The notes beneath the pieces were generated by a model that did not search any database, had not been told where the DNA came from, and saw only the letters and a list, made by a program, of their open reading frames with translations. From a virus: a DNA stretch of 44,087 nucleotides. This document shows positions 35,454-42,858 of the stretch, piece by piece; positions within the stretch are counted from its first letter, which is position 1; every line of letters starts with the position of its first letter. The stretch lies in IMG/VR virus record IMGVR_UViG_3300025009_000032; one strand, 5' to 3'. The position numbers and the translations under genes are program-made.

Positions 35454-36002
35454 ATGAGAGATTCAACAATTATTTATCGTAGTTTTTATGAAGCAATAAA
35501 AGAATTGCCTAAAAAAAATCAAGCTGACCTATGGGAAGCTATATTTGAATACTCATTAAATTTTAATGAAATTAAATTAATTGGTATTTCTGAAACAGTT
35601 TTTAAATTAATAAAACCGCAACTTGATTCTAACATAAAAAAATATAAAGATGGTTGCAAAGGCAAAGAGTATGGTATTCAGGGAGGTAGACCAAAAAAAA
35701 ATAACCCCACAAGAACCCCACAGAAACCCCACAAGAACCCCACAGAAACCCCTAATGATAATGATAATGATAATGTAAATTATAATGTAAATGAAAATGT
35801 AAATGTAAATATTAATGACGTTATAAAATATTTTTCTTTAAAAGGATATACAAAAGAATCTGCAATAAAATTTTATAATTATTATGAAGCTGCAAACTGG
35901 ATTAATAAAGATGGCAAAGAAGTTAAAAACTGGAAATTAACAGCAGTTCAAGTTTGGTTTAAGCCAGAAAATGAAAAACCTAAAAGTAAATTTCAACCAT
36001 AA
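35454..36002 (+). CDS. Putative replication organiser / initiator
   Basis: Two domains joined by a low-complexity linker encoded by iterons. The C-terminal FYNYYEAANWINKDGKEVKNWKLTAVQVWF resembles phage DnaD-like replisome organisers. Directly upstream of the primase-helicase. Confidence 0.5.
   Translation: MRDSTIIYRSFYEAIKELPKKNQADLWEAIFEYSLNFNEIKLIGISETVFKLIKPQLDSNIKKYKDGCKGKEYGIQGGRPKKNNPTRTPQKPHKNPTETPNDNDNDNVNYNVNENVNVNINDVIKYFSLKGYTKESAIKFYNYYEAANWINKDGKEVKNWKLTAVQVWFKPENEKPKSKFQP
35705..35752. repeat. Iteron array: 4.4 x 11-bp units (CCCCACAAGAA / CCCCACAGAAA)
   Basis: Exact alternation of two 11-mers, equivalent to 2 x 22 bp plus CCCC. Confidence 0.9.
35753..35818. repeat. AT-rich microsatellite-like tract (TAATGA x4, then TGTAAA-type repeats)
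   Basis: taatgataatgataatgataatgtaaattataatgtaaatgaaaatgtaaatgtaaat, immediately 3' of the iterons. Confidence 0.85.
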
Positions 36003-37687
36003 TGGAAAATATCACAGATTATAATTATTTAGGATTTAATCTTAAAGGCAAAACATCTGGGCAAATAAGAACTACTTGCATACATTGTTCACATTTAAGG
36101 AAAAAGAAAACAGACCCTTGTTGTAGTGTTAATTTAGACGATGGGACTTATTATTGTCATAACTGCGAAAAGTCAGGAAGTTTACATAAATTTAAAAGGA
36201 ATAAAGTTGAGGCAATAAAGTATATTATTCCGTTATGGAAAAATAAAACTGAAATACCTGATAAAGTTGTTAAATGGTTTGAAACTCGCAAAATAAGTCA
36301 AAAAACATTGATGGAAATGAAAATAACATACGGCAATGATTATTTTCCTCAAATAGAAAAAGAACAAAGTTGTATTGAATTTAATTATTTCAAAGACAAT
36401 GAACTTATAAATGTAAAGTATAGAACTGGAGATAAATTATTCAAACTTCATAAAGGTAGTGAATTAATATTTTATAATTATGATTCTATTTTAAAAAATA
36501 AAGAAATAGTAATCGTAGAAGGCGAAATTGATTGTTTGAGTTATATTGAAGCTGGCATTAGAAATGTAATTTCAGTTCCTAATGGTGCTAATTTGAATAA
36601 AAACAACCTTCAATACTTAGATAGTTGTATTGATATATTTGATAATATAGATAAGGTCTATTTAGCTACTGACAATGATATTGCAGGTATTAATTTAAGG
36701 AATGAATTAATAAGAAGGTTGGGAAGTGATAAATGCTTTATTGTTGATTTTAATGATTGCAAAGATGCTAATGAATATTTAATTAAATATGGATTATTTG
36801 AACTTAAAAAAACTATTGAATTAGCCACAGAAATTCAAATTGAAGGTATTTTTAAAGTAGAAAATTTTGAGGAAGAGTTAGATGTGCTTTATTCAAAAGG
36901 ATTGCAACCTGGACTAAAGATAGGATTTAATAAGTTAGATAATTTAATTACTTGGGAAAAATCAAAGCTTGCAATAGTAACGGGCATACCTTCACATGGT
37001 AAATCTGAGTTTATAGACCAGATAATTGAAAGATTAAATGCATTACATAAATGGAAATTTGGTATATTTTCGCCAGAATGTTTTCCTATTCAAATTCATG
37101 CTGCAAATTTAATAAGTAAAATAACAGGAAAAGTGTTTAATGAAAATAGGTTAAGCATAGATGAATATTTTGAAGCAAAAAAATATTTAAATGATAATTT
37201 TTATTTTATAAAGCCAGAAGACAGCGGGTATTATTTAGATAATATCTTAACAAAAGCTAAGGTTCTAATTAAAAAGTATGGTATTGATGGATTAATTATA
37301 GACCCGTATAATAGACTTGAACATGCCTTACCTTCTGGCATGCCTGAAACTAATTATATTAGTCAATTACTTGATAAATTAACTAATTTTTCACAGGCTA
37401 ATAACATATTAATATTTTTAGTTGCACACCCTCGCAAGATGTTAAAACAAAAGGGTAATAATTATTATGAAGTTCCAAACTTATATGATATAAATGGTAG
37501 TGCTAATTTTTACAATAAAGCAGACTATGGATTAACTGTTTATAGAAATTATAATTTAGGTGGTATATGCGAGGTACATGTGCAAAAAGTAAAAAGAAAA
37601 AATTTAGGAACTACTGGACTTGTAACATTTAATTATGATATGGATTCAGGAAGGTTTATTGAGCAAGAATTAAATAATGTTTTTTAA
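36002..37687 (+). CDS. Bifunctional DNA primase-helicase (T7 gp4/Twinkle-like)
   Basis: Zinc ribbon CIHC..CHNC, TOPRIM VIVEGEIDCLS..ATDNDIAG, Walker A GIPSHGKSEF, DnaB-type C-terminal domain. Confidence 0.9.
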   Translation: MENITDYNYLGFNLKGKTSGQIRTTCIHCSHLRKKKTDPCCSVNLDDGTYYCHNCEKSGSLHKFKRNKVEAIKYIIPLWKNKTEIPDKVVKWFETRKISQKTLMEMKITYGNDYFPQIEKEQSCIEFNYFKDNELINVKYRTGDKLFKLHKGSELIFYNYDSILKNKEIVIVEGEIDCLSYIEAGIRNVISVPNGANLNKNNLQYLDSCIDIFDNIDKVYLATDNDIAGINLRNELIRRLGSDKCFIVDFNDCKDANEYLIKYGLFELKKTIELATEIQIEGIFKVENFEEELDVLYSKGLQPGLKIGFNKLDNLITWEKSKLAIVTGIPSHGKSEFIDQIIERLNALHKWKFGIFSPECFPIQIHAANLISKITGKVFNENRLSIDEYFEAKKYLNDNFYFIKPEDSGYYLDNILTKAKVLIKKYGIDGLIIDPYNRLEHALPSGMPETNYISQLLDKLTNFSQANNILIFLVAHPRKMLKQKGNNYYEVPNLYDINGSANFYNKADYGLTVYRNYNLGGICEVHVQKVKRKNLGTTGLVTFNYDMDSGRFIEQELNNVF

Positions 37688-37961
37688 AAATAAAATGATA
37701 AAATCAAAACAGTTTACTCAAGAGCAAAAGGAAATGATTTATCCTTGCTATTTGCAACATATAAGTTATAACATGCAAGTAAAATTAATAGACCAGCAAC
37801 GTAGTATTGCAGTAAGGCAAACTCCTTCAGGAGCAGGGTTTAATATAAATTATGAATATTATGGTGGAGGTAATTTATATTTGTATGATAGTAATTATAA
37901 GCCAAGTAATGCAGTTAATTTTAAAGAGTTGTTAAAAATAGGAAATGAGTTTTATAAATAA
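37677..37961 (+). CDS. Hypothetical protein
   Basis: 94-aa ORF overlapping the primase-helicase stop. Confidence 0.5.
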   Translation: MFFKNKMIKSKQFTQEQKEMIYPCYLQHISYNMQVKLIDQQRSIAVRQTPSGAGFNINYEYYGGGNLYLYDSNYKPSNAVNFKELLKIGNEFYK

Positions 37962-37977
37962 TTATAAATGTTAGCAA

Positions 37978-38229
37978 ATGAAAAATAAAGAATTTAGGTT
38001 AGCTGCAAAACTTTTAGAAATGGCAGATGAGGAATTCGGAAATCACGTATGCAATGATGTCTATGAATCATTTTGGGATGGATGGGAAAAAGAAGAAAGA
38101 CAAGAATTTGTAAAACAATATCACGAATGGAACGGCGACCCAGAAGAATTTGACCCAAACTTTTTACTATTGCCAGACTATGCAATAATGGGCTTTTTGG
38201 CTCACAAACTGCGTGTGTTGGCGGATTAA
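37978..38229 (+). CDS. Hypothetical acidic protein
   Basis: 83 aa, W/E-rich, and more GC-rich than its neighbours. Confidence 0.55.
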   Translation: MKNKEFRLAAKLLEMADEEFGNHVCNDVYESFWDGWEKEERQEFVKQYHEWNGDPEEFDPNFLLLPDYAIMGFLAHKLRVLAD

Positions 38230-38281
38230 AAATTTGCGTATAGCAACTGTTATAAATAAGTGTTAAACAACATATTTTATT

Positions 38282-38325
38282 ATGACAAAAATCATTTTAT
38301 GTTAAAATAACAATTTGTAATTTCG
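38282..38325 (+). promoter_or_regulatory. Early promoter with palindromic operator (copy 5 of 5)
   Basis: ATGACAAAAATCAT (38282-38295), 22 nt, TAATTTCG (38318-38325), then CAGAGTAAA. Confidence 0.7.
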
Positions 38326-38399
38326 CAGAGTAAAAATAAGTAATAAAGGAGTAACCTGAAAATCCATAAAGAGTAGGGAAAATTAAAAAAAAATAAAAA

Positions 38400-38834
38400 A
38401 TGGAAGTAGAAAAATTAATTTTTCAGGAAGAAAAAAACCCTGAAAAAAAAGCACAATTAATTAAAGATAATTGTGATGAAGTATTAGAGAATTATTCATA
38501 CACTAAAAAGTTTACCCCTGATGAATTAGATGAATTCAAAGATGAATTATCAGAAGTATCAATTGAAGAAGACAACTTACAGGAGGAGTTAAAAGAGTTG
38601 TCTAAGGGGTTAAAAGAAAAGATTAAACCAAAAAAAGAACAGAAAAAAATCTTATTAAAAAGATTAAGAGAAAAATCAGAAATGATAAAAGATTCTGTTT
38701 ATGTCCTTAAAGATGAAGAAAATTATTGTGTTTATAATTCAGAAGGAGAATTAATTACAAGTAGGAAATTAAAACAAAGTGAAAAACAAAAAACAATTTT
38801 TCAAACAATTAGAAAAACAGGTACAAACAACTAA
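38400..38834 (+). CDS. Hypothetical charged coiled-coil protein
   Basis: 144 aa, E/K-rich. Confidence 0.6.
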   Translation: MEVEKLIFQEEKNPEKKAQLIKDNCDEVLENYSYTKKFTPDELDEFKDELSEVSIEEDNLQEELKELSKGLKEKIKPKKEQKKILLKRLREKSEMIKDSVYVLKDEENYCVYNSEGELITSRKLKQSEKQKTIFQTIRKTGTNN

Positions 38835-38845
38835 AAATCAAACAA

Positions 38846-39556
38846 ATGACAAAAGAAGAAATTAAAATCAATGTTACAAAAGATTGTAACGAGTTAGTAA
38901 TCAGAGAAGGCAAAGCGTTAGAATTAAAAGAGCCAACGCAAGTATCAATTAGTGGAATTATCACAACTATTTTTATATGGCTGTCGATAAGGATAACTGA
39001 AATAAAGCAAAAATCATGCTATATATTGGTTGACAAAGCAAATTTAACAATGAAATTAATAGTTGGTGAGTTGAATTTTTACAAAACAACTATTATTTCA
39101 TCTTTGGAATTATCAAAAGAGTTTATAAAATTTGGTATTAATTCTGAAAAAACATGGGACTGCTTCAAATTGTCTGATTTTATTAAAATGAATCGTAGCT
39201 ACTTTGTTGATAAAGCAAAAGCTATGATTTTAGTTACAGAACTAAGGAATTTCAAAGCTAAAGTTAATAATGAATTGGATAAATTTAAGGACGACAGGGC
39301 AAATTATGAACTAAGAAAAAAGCAAACAGTTGAAAGTAATTTGCCAGATATGTTTCAGGTTTGTATTCCAATATTTAAAGGTGAAGAAAAAATAATTTTA
39401 AATGTAGAAATAAGTATTGACCCAAATACTTTAGAATGTCAGTTTATTTGTCCCGAAGCAACGGACTTTATAAATGAACAAACTGATTTAATTTTTGATG
39501 AACAAATTAAAAAGATTAGTGAAATTACTCCTGATATAGCAATATTATATCAATAA
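38846..39556 (+). CDS. Hypothetical protein
   Basis: 236-aa ORF. Confidence 0.6.
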   Translation: MTKEEIKINVTKDCNELVIREGKALELKEPTQVSISGIITTIFIWLSIRITEIKQKSCYILVDKANLTMKLIVGELNFYKTTIISSLELSKEFIKFGINSEKTWDCFKLSDFIKMNRSYFVDKAKAMILVTELRNFKAKVNNELDKFKDDRANYELRKKQTVESNLPDMFQVCIPIFKGEEKIILNVEISIDPNTLECQFICPEATDFINEQTDLIFDEQIKKISEITPDIAILYQ

Positions 39557-39567
39557 AATAATATAAA

Positions 39568-39594
39568 CAGGGTGGTTAATTCTACCCTGCTTTT
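39568..39594 (+). terminator. Rho-independent terminator
   Basis: CAGGGTGG..TACCCTG hairpin followed by CTTTT. Confidence 0.6.
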
Positions 39595-39617
39595 AAATAA
39601 GTAAATATAATTAAGAA

Positions 39618-39821
39618 ATGGAATATAATCACAAAAATATGACTAAAAAAGATTTTGAAAACTTGAAAAAAGATACTATATGTATCCACAGAGGCGTAGA
39701 ATATTACTGTACAGGGGTTAATTATGCTTCAAACATGGTTCATTTATCTTTTGCAAATAGTAGATTTAGCAACGGATGTGATATATTTGTATATTTTCGT
39801 AATGTTAAAATAAAGAAATGA
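39618..39821 (+). CDS. Hypothetical protein (paralogous 5' end with next gene)
   Basis: 67 aa. GAATATAATCACAAAAATATGACTAAAAAAGATTT is echoed at 39824. Confidence 0.5.
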   Translation: MEYNHKNMTKKDFENLKKDTICIHRGVEYYCTGVNYASNMVHLSFANSRFSNGCDIFVYFRNVKIKK

Positions 39822-40180
39822 AAGAATATAATCACGAAAATATCACCGAAAAAAGATTTAGGGAATTTTTTGAAGAGCTTGGAAATGCTGCGGAAAGATA
39901 TGAAAATGGCAAAAAAGTAATTGTTTATACGCTTCACAGAAAAATAGATAACAATTTCAATCTTTCTTATCATTTAGAATTTCCGCAAAAAAATGTAAAA
40001 TTCAATTTTTGGTTTGAAAAAATAAATTATCTAAATTCAAGAGAAAGTGTAACAATTTCATTTCATAATCCAAATGAACATGGAGTAAACAGGTTAAAAA
40101 GCATATTAAGCACTGATTGCATTAATGAGTTAAAGGCAAAAGTAGATGAAATATTCATTAAATATAGTTTAAAAAGTTGA
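39818..40180 (+). CDS. Hypothetical protein
   Basis: 120 aa. The N-terminus MKEYNHENITEKRF parallels MEYNHKNMTKKDF of the upstream gene. Confidence 0.55.
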   Translation: MKEYNHENITEKRFREFFEELGNAAERYENGKKVIVYTLHRKIDNNFNLSYHLEFPQKNVKFNFWFEKINYLNSRESVTISFHNPNEHGVNRLKSILSTDCINELKAKVDEIFIKYSLKS

Positions 40181-40217
40181 ATAGCAAACATTAAATTTTT
40201 AAAAAATTAGAATATTT

Positions 40218-40364
40218 ATGAGTGATATAATAATATTTATAACAAGTTTAAGCGGATTAGTAATTTCTGTTTATTGCTTACGCCGTATGAAAAAAATAAG
40301 TGATGAAAATAAAAACATATATAAAAAAGTAAATAATAAATATGAATCATGGGAAAAATGGTAG
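40218..40364 (+). CDS. Small single-TM protein (48 aa)
   Basis: IIIFITSLSGLVISVYCL helix. Hand-counted. Confidence 0.4.
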   Translation: MSDIIIFITSLSGLVISVYCLRRMKKISDENKNIYKKVNNKYESWEKW

Positions 40365-40615
40365 CACCATTTAGTAATGCAACAGAAGCTGAAATGTGGT
40401 TGAATCGAAACTGCTATTCGTGTACAACTTCAAAAAATTGTACAGCCTTTAAACATTTAGAAGAAGGTTTTATTTTTGGCGGAATATCTGAAAGGACAGC
40501 ACGTTATATTGGTACAGTAAATATAACGGCTGCGGGTATGGGCTGGCGGCTTTTTCTGCCGCTTGCTTATACCCGTTGTTACCAGCTGGCACGGATTATT
40601 AATAACAAAAGCTAA
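40349..40615 (+). CDS. Hypothetical Cys-containing protein
   Basis: 88 aa. FSNATEAEMWLNRNCYSC.. An alternative start at 40358 overlaps the upstream stop. The last ~28 codons are read through GC-rich element A. Confidence 0.5.
   Translation: MGKMVAPFSNATEAEMWLNRNCYSCTTSKNCTAFKHLEEGFIFGGISERTARYIGTVNITAAGMGWRLFLPLAYTRCYQLARIINNKS
40524..40606 (+). repeat. GC-rich structured element, copy A (hairpin plus L arm)
   Basis: Stem GCGGGTAT (40532-40539) pairs with ATACCCGT (40569-40576). Inner hairpin GGCGGC/GCCGC. The 3' L arm is TGTTACCAGCTGGCAC (40577-40592). Homologous to copy C. Confidence 0.7.
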
Positions 40616-40619
40616 TTAG

Positions 40620-41561
40620 ATGAACGAAACAGTTTTTAATAATTTTTTGAGGGATGGCAAAAACGGCTTGTCCGAAGATTTTAATGTATTATCATTATTT
40701 GATGGTATGAGTTGTGGCCAAATTGCACTTAATAACATAGGGTTGAAGCCTACAAGATATTACGCTGCCGAAATAAAGAAACACGCTATTCAATGCACAT
40801 TAGATAATTTTCCCGATACTATTCAGATTGGAGATGTAACCAAAGTAAATGGCCAAGATTTACCAAAAATAAACTTATTGATTGGTGGTAGCCCTTGCCA
40901 AGATTTTAGTAGAGCAAATAGTGTAAGAGATGGATTGAAAGGTATGAAATCAATGTTATTTTATGAATACATAAGATTACTTGAAGAAACAAAACCAGAT
41001 TACTATTTACTTGAAAATGTGATAATGGATGATTTAGGTTACAATACAATTACTGAAGTATTAGGAACCGAACCAGTAAGATTATGTGGTAGTAAAGTAA
41101 GTGGAGCTTTGAGAGATAGATTATTTTGGACTAATATCGGGCCTGAAAGTTTTGATTTATTTGGAAATAGAAAATGTGCAATACCACAACCGAGAGATAA
41201 AAAAATAATGCTGAATGATGTTTTAGAATACGGATATTCAGATAAGAAAAAGCACACTTGCTTAAATACAAGTTGTGGCCGAGATGCAAACCAAAGATAT
41301 ATGTTGCATAGATACACTACTACTGGAATGACTACCATTATTTACACGGATGAAACAATGGATGAAAGTAAAGGAGTAAGATATTGCACACAAACAGAAT
41401 TAGAAAAACTGCACAATATACCTTTAGGTTATACAAGAAACCTAAATAAAGCACAAGCTGGCAATTTGATTGGAGATGGATGGAGTGTTGGAATAGTTGA
41501 ACATATCTTTTCTTTTTTAAAAGGGGAGGAAAAAAAAATATTTAAAACTGAACCGAAATGA
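40620..41561 (+). CDS. dcm: DNA (cytosine-5)-methyltransferase
   Basis: Motif I LFDGMSCG, motif IV GGSPCQDFS, motif VI LLENV, C-terminal GNLIGDGWSV. No partner endonuclease, so it is an orphan enzyme. Confidence 0.9.
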   Translation: MNETVFNNFLRDGKNGLSEDFNVLSLFDGMSCGQIALNNIGLKPTRYYAAEIKKHAIQCTLDNFPDTIQIGDVTKVNGQDLPKINLLIGGSPCQDFSRANSVRDGLKGMKSMLFYEYIRLLEETKPDYYLLENVIMDDLGYNTITEVLGTEPVRLCGSKVSGALRDRLFWTNIGPESFDLFGNRKCAIPQPRDKKIMLNDVLEYGYSDKKKHTCLNTSCGRDANQRYMLHRYTTTGMTTIIYTDETMDESKGVRYCTQTELEKLHNIPLGYTRNLNKAQAGNLIGDGWSVGIVEHIFSFLKGEEKKIFKTEPK

Positions 41562-41600
41562 TTAATCGAAGAACATCCGTAGTGCTTGCTGGTAACACCT
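41561..41600 (+). repeat. R arm (inverted partial copy of element A 3' block)
   Basis: GTGCTTGCTGGTAACA (41582-41597) is complementary to 40577-40592 at 15 of 16 positions (14 Watson-Crick plus one G:T), with one T:T mismatch. ATTAAT..ATCCG also mirrors 40593-40603. Confidence 0.7.
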
Positions 41601-41697
41601 ACCTACTGCGACCTTGAGATGTTTTGTAAAAACAAGGATAAAAGATATATTAAAATACAATCAATTTGCCCTCCTGACTTTTTAAATTCAATAATAA

Positions 41698-41874
41698 ATG
41701 AAAGAACAAATTAAGCATAATCTAATTAAAACAATATTCTTATTTTTATACATAGGAATATTAACAATTATTAGTTATTATTTATGTACTTACTTGGATA
41801 TTCCAAAATATATGACTTACTTTGTATTTTGTTTTAGTATTTATAGCGGTGTAATGTTTTTTAAAAATGAATAA
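41698..41874 (+). CDS. Small two-TM membrane protein (58 aa)
   Basis: Hand-counted. The stop overlaps the HNH start. Confidence 0.4.
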   Translation: MKEQIKHNLIKTIFLFLYIGILTIISYYLCTYLDIPKYMTYFVFCFSIYSGVMFFKNE

Positions 41875-42199
41875 TATACAGAAGAAATTAGATACTTCAA
41901 CATATTTAAAAGTATGGAATAATAAGCCTCATGAATGCGAAGAGTGCGGTAAATGGTTAGAATATGCAGTTCAAGAAAATGTTATAAAAGATAGGAGTGT
42001 ATTTAGCCATATATTATCAAAAGGTGCATTTCCAGAGCATAGGAACAATGTAGAAAATTTTAACTTACTTTGTTTTGAACACCATCAACAATATGAGTTT
42101 GGAAACAGAAAAAGCATGAAGATATTTAAGAATAATGAGTTAATAATAGATAAATTAAAAAGAAAATATAATAATTTAAAAATTAAATTTTATGAGTGA
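41867..42199 (+). CDS. HNH endonuclease
   Basis: CEECGKWL zinc knuckle, SHILSKG..NNVENFNLLCFEHH (H-N-H). 110 aa, the size of packaging-associated HNH proteins. Confidence 0.8.
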   Translation: MNNIQKKLDTSTYLKVWNNKPHECEECGKWLEYAVQENVIKDRSVFSHILSKGAFPEHRNNVENFNLLCFEHHQQYEFGNRKSMKIFKNNELIIDKLKRKYNNLKIKFYE

Positions 42200-42377
42200 T
42201 AAAAATTCAAATGTAAAACAACTGAGACATGGAACTTTAGAATGGTTAAAAGATTCGCAAGATTTCACATGCAATAAAATTAAAAAAACAGATATAGATT
42301 CAAAGGTAAAACAACTCTTAGATGAAGAGTTGATTGAAAAATGTGAACAAAGTAACGGCTGGCGGTATGGCTTGTAA
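42192..42377 (+). CDS. Hypothetical protein
   Basis: 61 aa. The last 7 codons are read into GC-rich element C. Confidence 0.45.
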   Translation: MSDKNSNVKQLRHGTLEWLKDSQDFTCNKIKKTDIDSKVKQLLDEELIEKCEQSNGWRYGL

Positions 42378-42466
42378 GCCTTGCACTACCACTTCAATTC
42401 CCCGTAATAGCTTCGGCTTATAAGCTATACCGCTTGTTACCTGCTGGGCGGTTTAATTAGCAGGAT
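42354..42466 (+). repeat. GC-rich structured element, copy C (multi-hairpin plus L arm)
   Basis: Stem GGCGGTAT (42361-42368) pairs with ATACCGCT (42427-42434). Inner hairpins are GGCT-TGTA-AGCC (42369-42380) and AGC-TTCG-GCT (42409-42418). The L arm is GTTACCTGCTGGGC (42436-42449). Confidence 0.7.
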
Positions 42467-42482
42467 TTAAAAAAGGAACTAA

Positions 42483-42845
42483 ATGAGTTTAGACGTTTAT
42501 TTAAACAGAAAAAGGTATTTAAGCTACAATGAAGGCAAAACATATACCGAAGATGACGAACAAGTTTACTGGGCAAACATTACCCATAACTTAGGCAAAA
42601 TGGCAGGTGAAGCAGGAATTTACGAAGCACTTTGGCGACCAGAAGAAATTGGAAAAACAAAGGCAAGTGAAATAATTGAATTACTTGAAAAAGGATTGGC
42701 TGACTTAAAAGCAAGACCTGAACATTTTGAGAAATTCAACTCGCCTAATGGATGGGGAATGTATGAACATTTTGTTCCTTTTGTCGAGAAGTATTTAGAA
42801 GCCTGCAAAGTATATCCCGATGCCGTTATCGAAGTGTCAAGGTAG
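42483..42845 (+). CDS. Conserved-looking hypothetical protein
   Basis: 120 aa, relatively GC-rich. NITHNLGKMAGEAGIYEALWRPEE..NGWGMYEHFVPFVEKYLEAC looks like a widespread phage family of unknown function. Confidence 0.65.
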   Translation: MSLDVYLNRKRYLSYNEGKTYTEDDEQVYWANITHNLGKMAGEAGIYEALWRPEEIGKTKASEIIELLEKGLADLKARPEHFEKFNSPNGWGMYEHFVPFVEKYLEACKVYPDAVIEVSR

Positions 42846-42858
42846 CCTTGCAGGTAAC
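42845..42858 (+). repeat. R arm complementary to the copy C L arm
   Basis: GCCTTGCAGGTAAC pairs with 42436-42449: 12 Watson-Crick pairs, one G:T and one T:T, the same geometry as the dcm pair. Confidence 0.65.

Noticed and set aside
35705-35818. Tandem repeats considered as a mini CRISPR array
   Set aside because: The units are 11 bp (or 6 bp) and directly abutting with no spacers. They lie inside a coding linker, and no cas genes are present.
40524-40606. Integron attC-like recombination site
   Set aside because: The element is an imperfect palindrome next to gene cassettes. However, its ends do not fit the RYYYAAC / GTTRRRY core sites. The arm partner lies beyond the next ORF rather than within one contiguous attC. 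No integron integrase is present.
42381-42408. tRNA-like T-loop impression (CTTCAATTCCCC) in element C
   Set aside because: The flanking bases cannot form a T-arm. No acceptor, D or anticodon arms can be drawn, and no GTTCGAATC-type consensus is present.
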